DNA from: a virus | Length of the DNA: 64,000 nucleotides | Direction: 5' to 3' (one strand) | IMG/VR virus record: IMGVR_UViG_3300044655_002046 | Shown here: positions 37,282 through 46,646 of the stretch, piece after piece | Layout of the letters: each line of letters starts with the position of its first letter | How positions within the stretch are numbered: position 1 is the first letter of the stretch | Notes under the pieces: model-generated | What the model was told of the DNA's origin: nothing | Seen by the model: the letters and a program-made list of their open reading frames with translations, nothing else | Databases searched by the model: none | Made by a program: the position numbers and the translations under genes

Positions 37282-37477
37282 AAGGGACAGGGTTTGCCTA
37301 GACCAATTTAGGCAACGCAAGTAGAGACTACCGCATTGAGACACAATCTGGCACAGACTTCCGAATACTTCCCTAGTTCGGATTACCTCTAAGCTTTATT
37401 GGTAAAGCGTTGTTAGACAAGGCATCTTGATTGTGTTGCGGGAAGGGACTTTAACTTTACTCTTAAGGATTATCTCC
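37264..37477 (+). ncRNA. IsrB omegaRNA scaffold
   Basis: Directly upstream of isrB; hairpins CCCT..AGGG, TTGCCTA..TAGGCAA, CCGAA..TTCGG; homologous to 23212-23428 and 44563-44626. Confidence 0.82.
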
Positions 37478-38575
37478 ATGGAAAGAGTTCCTGTTATTTC
37501 AAAAGACGGAAAGCCGTTAATGCCTACCAAACCCAGTCGGGCCAGACGGTGGATTAAGGAAGGAAAAGCTATCGGCAAATTCAACGACTTAGATATTTTC
37601 TATGTCCAGCTAACCGATGAACCTTCCAATAACAAAACCCAACCAATTGCCATTGGTATTGACCCAGGTAAATTATTCTCTGGAATCGGTGTTCAATCTT
37701 CTCTTTTCACTCTCTGGAAAGCTCACTTAGAACTCCCCTTTAAACGAGTCAAAGAGCGCATGGACAATAGACGGTTAATGCGACGGAGCAGAAGGGGACG
37801 GCGGATCAACCGCCAACTTCCTTTTAATCTAAGAGCGCATCGTCAAAAACGATTCTCCAATAGAAGAAAAGCTAAGTTGGCTCCCTCAATCAGAGCTAAT
37901 CGTCAACTTGAACTTCGAGTCGTTTCCGAACTAACCAAAATCTATCCAATTACCGATATTTACTTTGAGTACATCAAAGCCGATGTTGATTTAACTTCTG
38001 GTAGAAAAGGGGCTAAGTCTGGAAAAGGTTTCTCGCCGGTTATGGTTGGACAGAAATGGGCTATTGAGCAACTGTCTCAATTGGCAACAGTCCATACTCG
38101 CTTTGGTTGGCAAACCTCTAATCTCAGAAAACATTTGCGACTAGAAAAGTCTAAAAATAAAGCAGAACAATCACCCGAAAGTCATGCTAATGATGGCATT
38201 GCTCTTGCCTGTTTTCAATTTTTAGATTATTTGCCATTCCATACTTCTAATAGTCATGGACATGATTGGAAGGGTTCTGTTAAAGTAACAAACGCTCCCT
38301 TTGCTGTCATCAAACGTCCTCCTATTAGTCGTCGTCAACTTCACTTGATGGTTTTTTCTAAGGGTGGTAAACGACGTAAATATGGTGGATCTATCACAAG
38401 ACATGGGTTCCGTAAAGGAGATTTAGTTTCTTCTCCCAAAGGAATTGGTTATGTTAGTGGAGATACCGAAAAACAGCTATCTGTAAGCGATAACAGTTGG
38501 AAACGATTGGGACAGATAGTTGTTAGTAAGATTCAGCTAATTCGTCGTTCTAACGGTTTAATTGTTTCTCACTAA
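37478..38575 (+). CDS. isrB: IsrB RNA-guided nickase (RRXRR/PLMP, split RuvC, no HNH)
   Basis: PLMPTKPSRARRW; GIDPG; bridge helix RRLMRRSRRGRR; IYFEY; SHAND; 365 aa, no HNH/CxxC. Confidence 0.88.
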   Translation: MERVPVISKDGKPLMPTKPSRARRWIKEGKAIGKFNDLDIFYVQLTDEPSNNKTQPIAIGIDPGKLFSGIGVQSSLFTLWKAHLELPFKRVKERMDNRRLMRRSRRGRRINRQLPFNLRAHRQKRFSNRRKAKLAPSIRANRQLELRVVSELTKIYPITDIYFEYIKADVDLTSGRKGAKSGKGFSPVMVGQKWAIEQLSQLATVHTRFGWQTSNLRKHLRLEKSKNKAEQSPESHANDGIALACFQFLDYLPFHTSNSHGHDWKGSVKVTNAPFAVIKRPPISRRQLHLMVFSKGGKRRKYGGSITRHGFRKGDLVSSPKGIGYVSGDTEKQLSVSDNSWKRLGQIVVSKIQLIRRSNGLIVSH

Positions 38576-38634
38576 CTTGTATAAAGCCGCCCTCCGTTAT
38601 TGCTAAAGGGCGGGGTTTCAGACCCATTTTTGTT

Positions 38635-39279
38635 ATGAAAACATTCGTTACCGCAGACCGTTATCTCCCTACTAAGAATAATAGTCGGGATGGTGGGTAT
38701 GATCTTAAGGCCCGTGTCACAGAAGACCATAAGTATGTAGCTAAGTGTCTCTTAAAGCATATATCATTACAGAAAATGTTAGAGTCTGAGAGCGATCTCT
38801 TCATCAATGGTAATATTGTAGAGCATGGCCATATAAAAGACGCACTAGAGACATGCCTACTCGATGAGAAGGGCTTCTATGCCCTGCTGCCAGGTCAATC
38901 TGTCCCTGTCCATACAGGCTTCTATGTAACCTCGCCTGGTTTACCTGAAGAAACTCAGGATAAGTTAGTGGAGATGGGTATAGGCCGCCTAGTGCGTATT
39001 GGTCGTATCCAGCCCCGCTCGGGATTAGCTAAGCATGGTATTAGTGTAGCTAATGCGCCCGGCCTCGATGATATGGAGACATACGCAGGGGAGATCATAG
39101 TGCTACTAGAGAATAGAAGTTGCGATGTTCACCTATTCGGTGATGGGGCCCGCATTGCCCAATTCACATTCGAACTGGTAGCCGATATGGGAGACTTATC
39201 TAATTATCTCGTACGAGATGAATTTGACTTAGGTGCTACTGCGCGGGGCCCCCGCGGCTTCGGCTCGAGTGGTGTGTAA
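38635..39279 (+). CDS. dut: trimeric dUTPase
   Basis: GGYDLKA, PRSGLA, NAPGLDD..YAGEI, GARIAQF, RGPRGFGSSG. Confidence 0.92.
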   Translation: MKTFVTADRYLPTKNNSRDGGYDLKARVTEDHKYVAKCLLKHISLQKMLESESDLFINGNIVEHGHIKDALETCLLDEKGFYALLPGQSVPVHTGFYVTSPGLPEETQDKLVEMGIGRLVRIGRIQPRSGLAKHGISVANAPGLDDMETYAGEIIVLLENRSCDVHLFGDGARIAQFTFELVADMGDLSNYLVRDEFDLGATARGPRGFGSSGV

Positions 39280-39280
39280 C

Positions 39281-40555
39281 ATGAGAATCAGTACTGATCT
39301 AATTGACCTAGAGTATATTACTACTCGAGAGGAGTTAGATGCGCTATTACTAGAACTAAGGGGCCGCTCTCTACTCGCCATGGACTACGAGACCTATGCA
39401 GATGTAGAGACCTGGGGCCTTCAGGCTAGTGCACTGGATCCTCATACGTTAATAGCCCGTCTGCTACAAATTAACTGGCCTGATAATGCAATACCATATG
39501 TGATTGATCTCCGCGCCCTAGGCTGGCCCCCTGAGATACGCGACATATGGCTCGATAGTAGTATTAGGAAGGTTTGCTTCAATGCACGCTTCGAGGCTTC
39601 AGTAACCCGGGCTACGTGGGGCGTATGGCCTAATAATATATACTGCGCTATGGTGCTATTTCAGCAGATAGGCGCTGCTACTGGATTCAAGGCGGGCCGT
39701 ACTAGAGGTTATTCTTATGGTAGTCTAGTGCGCGATATACTGGATACTCCTCTGAATAAGGAACTCGCTAGTAGTGACTGGTCAGGTGAACTAACACCCG
39801 CTCAATTACAGTATGCTGCTCTAGATGTGGGGGCCCCTCGTAAATCTAATCACACTAGTCTCCTGCTAGAGGCCTATACTCTGCTGCGTAATGAGCTACT
39901 CTATACCTATGAGATGCTCCAGGTAGAAGAGATAGACCAGGCCGCCTTCATGGAGATAGCGCGTATGGAATGGAATGGACTACCCATTAATATGAATGTC
40001 ATGCGCAGCTTTCTGAGTACAGCCCAATCAGAGCTAGATTATTATAAGCTGCGCATGAGTGCTCACTTTGACTTCAGCGTAGATCAGGTAGTCGACTGGA
40101 ACTCGGGGGCCCCTCAGGTAACTCTAGTAGTACCCGATAAGATAACGGCTCTATTGAACAATCCCACTGCCCTAGTGAGTCGTATCCAGAAGCTTTTACC
40201 CGTTGAGCTAGATAATCTGCAGCAGAAGACACTAGAAACAGTGCTGCGAGAACTAGATAGCGAGGATGACGAGGATAGCACTACTGATGAAGAGGGTATA
40301 CGCGACCTGGGTATTCAGGTTATATCAGATCTATTGCGATACAAGAAGCTCGCTAAGATGGTGAGCACTAACTGGGCGGCTCTAATTAACCCGCGTACAG
40401 GTAATGTCCACGCCCGTTACCAGACCATCGGCACCAGTACGGGCCGTATGAGTAGTTCTAGTAGTGGAGATACTAATAAATTCAATGCACAACAGATTAG
40501 TAATGTTGAGCTAATGGTAGATATAGAGGAGGATAGATTGTTTGAAGACAATTAG
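39281..40555 (+). CDS. polA: family-A DNA polymerase, N-terminal part (3'-5' exonuclease plus thumb)
   Basis: AMDYET (ExoI), FNARFE, QYAALD (ExoIII), VHARY..GTSTGRMSS..NAQQI; ends before motif A. Confidence 0.9.
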   Translation: MRISTDLIDLEYITTREELDALLLELRGRSLLAMDYETYADVETWGLQASALDPHTLIARLLQINWPDNAIPYVIDLRALGWPPEIRDIWLDSSIRKVCFNARFEASVTRATWGVWPNNIYCAMVLFQQIGAATGFKAGRTRGYSYGSLVRDILDTPLNKELASSDWSGELTPAQLQYAALDVGAPRKSNHTSLLLEAYTLLRNELLYTYEMLQVEEIDQAAFMEIARMEWNGLPINMNVMRSFLSTAQSELDYYKLRMSAHFDFSVDQVVDWNSGAPQVTLVVPDKITALLNNPTALVSRIQKLLPVELDNLQQKTLETVLRELDSEDDEDSTTDEEGIRDLGIQVISDLLRYKKLAKMVSTNWAALINPRTGNVHARYQTIGTSTGRMSSSSSGDTNKFNAQQISNVELMVDIEEDRLFEDN

Positions 40556-40697
40556 TAATAAACGATTACAGCGTATACTAGCCAGCCGCTATCCCTCTCA
40601 GAGGGATACGGCATTATTATATGATGTTAATACTGGTAAGGTTAGAGTAATAGACCTCAGTCAATATAGGCGACATGACGAAAATAAAGATGAATAG
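40542..40697 (+). CDS. 51-aa ORF between the two polA halves (not in the ORF track)
   Basis: TTG start 9 nt after GAGGAGG; MKTISNKRLQRILASRYPSQRD...DENKDE*; overlaps both halves. Confidence 0.5.
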   Translation: MKTISNKRLQRILASRYPSQRDTALLYDVNTGKVRVIDLSQYRRHDENKDE

Positions 40698-41970
40698 TCG
40701 CTTTGCTCTGCAGGCCCCACCGGGCTATGCATGGGTAAGCGTAGACTTCTCGAGTTAGCTAACTGTCCATAGACAGATATAGATATGAGTAAAAGTACAG
40801 TAGAGAAGATGAATTAACTATCATCTATAGAAAAGGTCTTCAATGCTATGTACTATGATGGATGTATCTGTCTAGATAGAAAGAGAGATAAATTTGGCTC
40901 GCTTGCTAGGAAACCGGCAAGGTAATATTCCACTAACTCGGGGAAAGGACTCTCTCCCAATCCCGAGCGAGTAACACGTCAGTAGGGCTACTATCCATTG
41001 ATAGACGTGTTACCGTGTAGAGGCCATACGTGGAACACCTGAACCTAGTAGGGATGGTGAAGAGATGGTCCATCCGTGACAGCGGAAGCAAGAGTTAAGA
41101 TTGGCGGGAGCCTTCAGTAAGGATTCTGCTATTACAGAGATTTACGTACTCGAAGATGAGTATCATAGAGGTATACGACCCCTCCCCTTATCACCTGAGG
41201 GTCTAACTTATACTGACCCCAAGGTAGATCAGCACCTAGTCGCCAGTACGTTCCTGAATAAGGATATAGAACAGCGCATGGTGCACGAGCCCTGGACCGT
41301 GAGTGCGGATGACCCTATCATCGCGCCCTGGCGGAAGAAGGGTAAGATTATGAACTTCAAGGTGATATATGGTGGTAGCGCTAGTAGTTTAGCAGCAGAC
41401 CTCAATTGCGATGACAAGGAGGCAGGTCGTCTTCTCAAGCAGTACTTCACAGGTTTCCATGGCCTCTATACTTGGATTGAGATTACGGGGAGCCTATGCT
41501 CTCGTACTCGATGGGTTCGTAGCGCTATGGGCCGCTTCATTAATGTTAACGAGGATAATGCTAAGGGTATAGCTGGTAAGAGCACTACACGGCGAAAGGC
41601 AGTTAATTGTGTTATCCAGAGCTCAGGTAGTGAGATGCTGAAGATATCACTACCTCGAGTAAGACAGGCCTTAGAGGTTATAGATGCAGGAGAACGACGG
41701 GCTAGTATCATTAACGCTACTCACGATGAGATCAATCTATTAGTGCCAGGCTATGTGGCGTGGCAGGTAGTTAACTCTCGAGTAGTACCTATCTTGGATC
41801 AGGACTACTATACTGGTCAGCAACTCGATGAGTTTATGCTGGCACAACGTTATGCTGCTGCTGCATTATATCAGATGGAGAGCGCAGGTAACTATATACT
41901 TAAGGATGTGCTGGGCTCCGAGATACCATGTCGGGCTAAGCCAAATATACACCGCTATTGGTCACATTAA
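40690..41970 (+). CDS. polA: family-A DNA polymerase, C-terminal part (spliced 40690-40755 plus 41089-41970)
   Basis: Splicing restores motif A VDFSS|QELR; motif B KGKIMNFKVIYG; motif C THDEI. Confidence 0.88.
40756..41088 (+). ncRNA. group I intron (333 nt)
   Basis: 5' exon ends in U, intron ends in G; IGS TTTGGCTCG (40893-40901) pairs with both exons; P3 TTCCAC/GTGGAA; P4 CTCGGG/CCCGAG; P7 GGCCAT/ATGGTC; P9 hairpin. Confidence 0.9.
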
Positions 41971-42518
41971 TGAATATACTATTACGATTACTGGGGCTAT
42001 ATAACCCCATGAAGGTCATCGAGGCTTCATTGAGTAACTTCCCACTAACAGATGATTTCGCCCAGCAGGTAGTTATTAATGATAGGAGTTATCTAGATAT
42101 TGTAGGTGATATCGGTGAGTTTCGTTACGAATGGGTACAGTTTGACCCAATGAGTCATGCGGATATGTTGGTTATGTCTCAGCATATGGCCCTAGAGCTG
42201 GACTTTGGTTATCTCTATGCTTATGTAAAACATGACCCAAATGATGCAGCTATAGTCTTAGAGTACCGGGCCGCCTTTAACTACGCTAGGCTAAATAAGG
42301 AGAAGATGGATAAGTTCCTAAGTCGAGTGTGGCGTATTGTGCATGTACTCAATAGCTATACTGAAAGCTACGCAAGAGATAAGAGAAGGGAGGCCATAGA
42401 AGATCTAGTCAATCAGGGCATTACCCTCGACGGTGATAATATGGATGTCCTAGACTTCTCTTCACTCAATACATATCCTAGTGAAGATGACGATGACAGT
42501 ATCGGTAGCCCAATTTAA
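41970..42518 (+). CDS. hypothetical protein
   Basis: ORF coupled to polA-C and the clamp gene. Confidence 0.6.
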   Translation: MNILLRLLGLYNPMKVIEASLSNFPLTDDFAQQVVINDRSYLDIVGDIGEFRYEWVQFDPMSHADMLVMSQHMALELDFGYLYAYVKHDPNDAAIVLEYRAAFNYARLNKEKMDKFLSRVWRIVHVLNSYTESYARDKRREAIEDLVNQGITLDGDNMDVLDFSSLNTYPSEDDDDSIGSPI

Positions 42519-43578
42519 TATACCTCAGTACGTAGCCGCATTAAGGGCAGTAGTATCATGTCTAGATAAGGACAGCCCGCGAGCTGACGCATCCTGCGTG
42601 CGTATGACTATAAGTAAGGGACAGCTCCAACTGAGTGGTAATCATCTGGGCTCTCATAGCCTGGTCATGAGACTACCAGTGCAGGCAGATGATGTAGATA
42701 TCCTAGTACCCGGCGGGCCCCTCCTTAACCTAACTTGTCGTATGGGTACGCCCACCTCGCTTGTTATCGATATAGAAGAGGACAAGATAGTCTATAGACT
42801 AGGTACGTATGGCACTAACTCTACTCCTATCTATAGTAGCGCCCCTGCTACTCCTGCGGCATTAGAAAGCGAGGTTATATTAAGGAGTAGCCTGATAGCC
42901 AGTGCTATACGACTCGTAACTGACTATAAGAGTAAGGAGAACTACATACGTCTGGATATCACACCTGATGGTTGCTCTCTTACCCGTCGTGTAGCAGCCA
43001 GCGCCTATGTACAGGTATCGTGGGTCGATAGTCCAGTTGCTCGTTGGTCTGCTAACCTAACCTCCCGTCAGCTTCAGTTAGTATCTTATCTAGATAGTCC
43101 CCTCACCTTATCAGTGGGCCGCGCTCCTCGTCGACTAATATTAGATAGCGCGGGGGGCTCCCTCACTATACTCACCGGTAAGGAAGCAGATAAGATACCT
43201 CACTTCGATAGAGCACCTGATGCTGAGTTCCGTGCATCAACTACAGTTGATACTCGATTACTACTGGGTGCTATCAATTGGCAGAGTACAGGAGCCAGTG
43301 TGGGGCAGGCTATACAACTGCACTTCACTAATAATAATCTATTAGTGCAGGGCGCAGGGGAGCCCGCCTCTATACCGTGCACTATTACTGGTGAGGCCTC
43401 TATTAATCTGCGGGCCTGTGATCTTATAACAGTCCTACGAGGAGAGGGGTCTATCCAACTTACTGTTAGAGTCTTTATAATAGGAGATAAGACTATATCT
43501 ATACTTCTCCTAGAGAAGGAGGTTAATGGTCTATTTACTAGAGCTCTGCTCACTGAGAATGTTACCGTAGTAAGGTAA
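42481..43578 (+). CDS. DNA polymerase III beta-clamp-like protein
   Basis: ~365 aa; N-terminus ALRAVVSCL...VRMTISKGQLQLSG...ILVPG resembles DnaN; near a dnaX-like gene. Confidence 0.5.
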   Translation: MKMTMTVSVAQFNIPQYVAALRAVVSCLDKDSPRADASCVRMTISKGQLQLSGNHLGSHSLVMRLPVQADDVDILVPGGPLLNLTCRMGTPTSLVIDIEEDKIVYRLGTYGTNSTPIYSSAPATPAALESEVILRSSLIASAIRLVTDYKSKENYIRLDITPDGCSLTRRVAASAYVQVSWVDSPVARWSANLTSRQLQLVSYLDSPLTLSVGRAPRRLILDSAGGSLTILTGKEADKIPHFDRAPDAEFRASTTVDTRLLLGAINWQSTGASVGQAIQLHFTNNNLLVQGAGEPASIPCTITGEASINLRACDLITVLRGEGSIQLTVRVFIIGDKTISILLLEKEVNGLFTRALLTENVTVVR

Positions 43579-43669
43579 CAGCCCGGGTTTCTAGTCAACC
43601 CGGTTTAATCAAAACTAGGTTAATGTCAATATCCCCAATCCGTGGGGTCAATTCTCGGAGTTATAATCA

Positions 43670-44044
43670 ATGTCTACTATTCCTACTTTCAATAAATTCG
43701 CTCGTCAAGGTGATGTACTTATTCAACGTATTCCAGAAGACAGCATCGACTTATCGAAAGCTACTCGTGTTGATAATACTGTCTTAGCATACGGTGAAGT
43801 CACTGGCCATAAACATCAGGTTGTTCCTGTTGAAACGGGCAATAACAATGCAATCATCGGTGAAAATAAGGCTGCTGAACTATTCCGTCTTGATGACAGC
43901 GGCACTCTGTACCTCCGCGTAAATGCTAGTACGGCCCGCCTTCAGCACGAAGAACACGGTCCCATTATCTTTAAGCAGGGGCTCTACAAGATCGGTATTC
44001 AGCAAGAGTACACTCCTTCTGGTTTTCGCTCTGTAGCTGATTAG
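43670..44044 (+). CDS. conserved small protein usually paired with DUF6745-type genes
   Basis: RQGDVLI, LAYGEVTGHKH, LQHEEH, YKIGIQQEYTP. Confidence 0.7.
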   Translation: MSTIPTFNKFARQGDVLIQRIPEDSIDLSKATRVDNTVLAYGEVTGHKHQVVPVETGNNNAIIGENKAAELFRLDDSGTLYLRVNASTARLQHEEHGPIIFKQGLYKIGIQQEYTPSGFRSVAD

Positions 44045-44069
44045 TGCTAATTACTGTAACTTCTACCGT

Positions 44070-44093
44070 GGCCGGCCTAGTGCCGGCCTTTTT
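44070..44093 (+). terminator. intrinsic terminator
   Basis: GGCCGGC-ctagt-GCCGGCC followed by TTTTT. Confidence 0.8.
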
Positions 44094-44159
44094 GGCGACA
44101 CTCGGCGGCATAAGTGTGACATAATCACAGTTTCGCATTTAACCTTCATGACCTGAAAT

Positions 44160-44570
44160 ATGAATATCATTGACGATTTAAATCTCATACAACCCCAAGA
44201 TTACCCCTCTAGAGAAGCTTATCAGCAAGACGTTGTCAAAGCGGTACAGGTCTTAATGCGTTTAGGTAATATGGACAATCCCTCGGCCGATTTAACCGCT
44301 TTCCTAAACTCTATCCTCGAAAAATTAAAAGAGGATGAACTGGCTGTCTACAATAGACGCAGTAAACAACAAATTATCGCCGATTTAAAGCAAGTTAATA
44401 GTGAAATTGTTAAACTCGAGCGAGAAATAGTCGACTTAGAATGGCAAATTGCCATCAAAAAGGCTGAAATATCTGTGTGGAAGCAGGAGTTTTGGACAGG
44501 GGCGGAAGGCAACGGAAACTTTGCTCGGCAAGTAGCTGAGCTGAATAAAACCTTTGCAGGAGGTAACTAG
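44160..44570 (+). CDS. host-like coiled-coil protein; stop codon supplied by the adjacent element
   Basis: 136-aa ORF, AT-rich host-like codon usage; TAG lies within the element left end. Confidence 0.6.
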   Translation: MNIIDDLNLIQPQDYPSREAYQQDVVKAVQVLMRLGNMDNPSADLTAFLNSILEKLKEDELAVYNRRSKQQIIADLKQVNSEIVKLEREIVDLEWQIAIKKAEISVWKQEFWTGAEGNGNFARQVAELNKTFAGGN

Positions 44571-44805
44571 CCCTGCCCTAAAGCAACAGGGCTTGCCTAA
44601 ATTGGTCTAGGCAACGCAAGTAGAAACTTGGTTATGTTAATGAACAGCTATCTGTAAGCGATACCAGTTGGAGACGATTGGGATAGATAACTGTTAGCAA
44701 GATTCAGTTAATTCGTCGTTCTAGCGTTTTAATTGTTTCTTATTAATTTATGTAAAGCCGCCCTTCACTATCGCTAAGGGGCGGGATTTCAAACCCAATT
44801 TTTCA
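44563..44805 (+). mobile_element. non-autonomous, internally deleted IsrB element (243 bp)
   Basis: omegaRNA 5' ~65 nt fused to the isrB 3' coding end and the right end; abuts ATGA. Confidence 0.88.
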
Positions 44806-45888
44806 ATGACTTATCTTGAATTAACTCCGGAACATGAAAAGCTAATCCCTACCTACAAGGAGCGCTGGATCCGTATGGTGGATCGCCCCTTCGATAAAGT
44901 GTTAGCCCGTCAAGCAGTTACTGAACTATATGCCCTACTCAAGAAACACTGTGACTTAGGAGATCTCGACTGTCCACCCACTATCTTCACTAGCTCGCCC
45001 ATCATGGCAGCCAGTATTATTGCTCTTATCACTAAGGCTGAGCAGGAAGAGGAGAGTATTGTTAAGGGTAAGAAGACTAAAACTAAGTTTACTGATACTG
45101 AACTCGCCTTAATCAAGGAGTTCTTTAAGCGTAAGCCCGCTACTCCTAAGAATGAGGCTGTACTGCAGAAACTCTTCGATGCTTATGTTGCAGAGCGGGG
45201 CCCCATTGATCCTATTAAGGATAAGGAGTGCAGCGGTTATATTGCTAATGGTCACTTCTCCTATGAGTGCCGTATGAGCTTTGCTGCATTCGCTAACTTC
45301 AGTGTCGAGGTACTCGGCGTGACTATGGAAGACTACGATAAGTACATGCTCATTGCTGAGAACTTATCGTGGGTATACACCTATGAAGAGTTATGTATTG
45401 TATGTGAGCGGCCCAAGGTACATTATACTCTGGACGGCGATATTCATTGCGATGGTGAGCCCGCGGTTAAATTCTCTGATGGTGTTGAATTATGGTTATG
45501 GCACGGTACTCCATTACCGACTTTCATGCAGTGTCATAGCTCTACCTGGGATCCCAAATGGTTACTAGATGATGAGAAAGGCATGAACTCTGAGCACCGC
45601 CGTATTCTAATCGAGGCGCTGGGCTACGAGAATATCCTATCACGCCTGGATAGTGAGATCATCAGCACCTATAATACTACTAGCTACGTAGGTGACGGTA
45701 ATGAGTATGAGTTACACATTATCCGCGGTGACTTCGGTGGCGAGGACGCGCATATTCTAACTATGCGTTGCCCTAGCACTAATCACTATCATGCAGTACG
45801 TGTTGATCCTAAGCACACCTCAGCCCGCGAAGCTGTAATTGAATTCAATAACGGCATAGATCCCGAGAGCTTCGAAATTCAGACTTAA
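44806..45888 (+). CDS. DUF6745-like protein
   Basis: LCIVCERP..H..DG..HCDGEPAVKFSDG..LWLWHG; NSEHRR; MRCPST...RVDP...SAREAV. Confidence 0.7.
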   Translation: MTYLELTPEHEKLIPTYKERWIRMVDRPFDKVLARQAVTELYALLKKHCDLGDLDCPPTIFTSSPIMAASIIALITKAEQEEESIVKGKKTKTKFTDTELALIKEFFKRKPATPKNEAVLQKLFDAYVAERGPIDPIKDKECSGYIANGHFSYECRMSFAAFANFSVEVLGVTMEDYDKYMLIAENLSWVYTYEELCIVCERPKVHYTLDGDIHCDGEPAVKFSDGVELWLWHGTPLPTFMQCHSSTWDPKWLLDDEKGMNSEHRRILIEALGYENILSRLDSEIISTYNTTSYVGDGNEYELHIIRGDFGGEDAHILTMRCPSTNHYHAVRVDPKHTSAREAVIEFNNGIDPESFEIQT

Positions 45889-45890
45889 GC

Positions 45891-46646
45891 ATGACAGCGC
45901 TATATCGAGCCGTACAATTCAACCCGCAGTGTGCCGCCTGTAGTCTATCTACTAAACAGGCAGTGAGTGGTCAGTCTGAGAGACCTATTAAGGATGTAAT
46001 ACTAGTAGCCATCTCGGCCTATCCTGGTAAACGGGAGGAGGACGCTAAGATGAGCCTCGCTCCTGGCACTAACAATGAGGATACTAGTGGCGCCGGGGCC
46101 TTCCTCCGGCGTTGCTTATATTGGGCCATAGAATGTGACCCTACGTGGGATGGGCCCCCCATTAACGAGCTAGTATACTTCACTAATGCTATAAAGTGCT
46201 CCCCTCGAGACAAGACCGTTAAAGATATACATCGCTCCCGCTGTCGAGATACCTGGCTATTCCCTGAGCTCACAGCACTACCAACTGGTGTGCCTCTATT
46301 ACTAGCAGGCAGCGAGGCAGTTAAGGCCATACACGGTCTCGATGCCTCTATAGCCAGCTACAGGGGGGCTGTCTATAACTGGCGGGGCCATCCTACTGTA
46401 ACTACGTTTAATCCAATAGAGGTAGAGAGAGGTGTCTTCTATAAGACTATTATAAATGAAGAGGATGTTAAACGTGACCTCGAGGCCCTACTTCGCAGTA
46501 AGAAGGCCCTGCGAGATAGTGACATCGATAAGGTAGTTAAGACTCGTATGTGGAACCCCGTCCCTGTAGGTAGTATGATGTGGTACTTTAGGAAGGATAT
46601 AAATATCATCAAGCAGGAGATACTGAACTATGCAAACACAAAATAA
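45891..46646 (+). CDS. uracil-DNA glycosylase family 4-like
   Basis: CAAC, SAYPGKREE, YFTNAIKCSP, CRDTWLFPEL, LLLAGSEA. Confidence 0.8.
   Translation: MTALYRAVQFNPQCAACSLSTKQAVSGQSERPIKDVILVAISAYPGKREEDAKMSLAPGTNNEDTSGAGAFLRRCLYWAIECDPTWDGPPINELVYFTNAIKCSPRDKTVKDIHRSRCRDTWLFPELTALPTGVPLLLAGSEAVKAIHGLDASIASYRGAVYNWRGHPTVTTFNPIEVERGVFYKTIINEEDVKRDLEALLRSKKALRDSDIDKVVKTRMWNPVPVGSMMWYFRKDINIIKQEILNYANTK

Larger units (their letters stand above)
37264..38634 (+). mobile_element. IS200/IS605-superfamily IsrB element (no tnpA)
   Basis: omegaRNA, isrB and right-end hairpin gggcggggtttcagaccc; right end abuts the ATGA start of dut. Confidence 0.85.

Noticed and set aside
37478-38575. IscB or Cas9-like nuclease
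   Set aside because: No HNH or CxxC insert between RuvC-II and RuvC-III; size fits IsrB.
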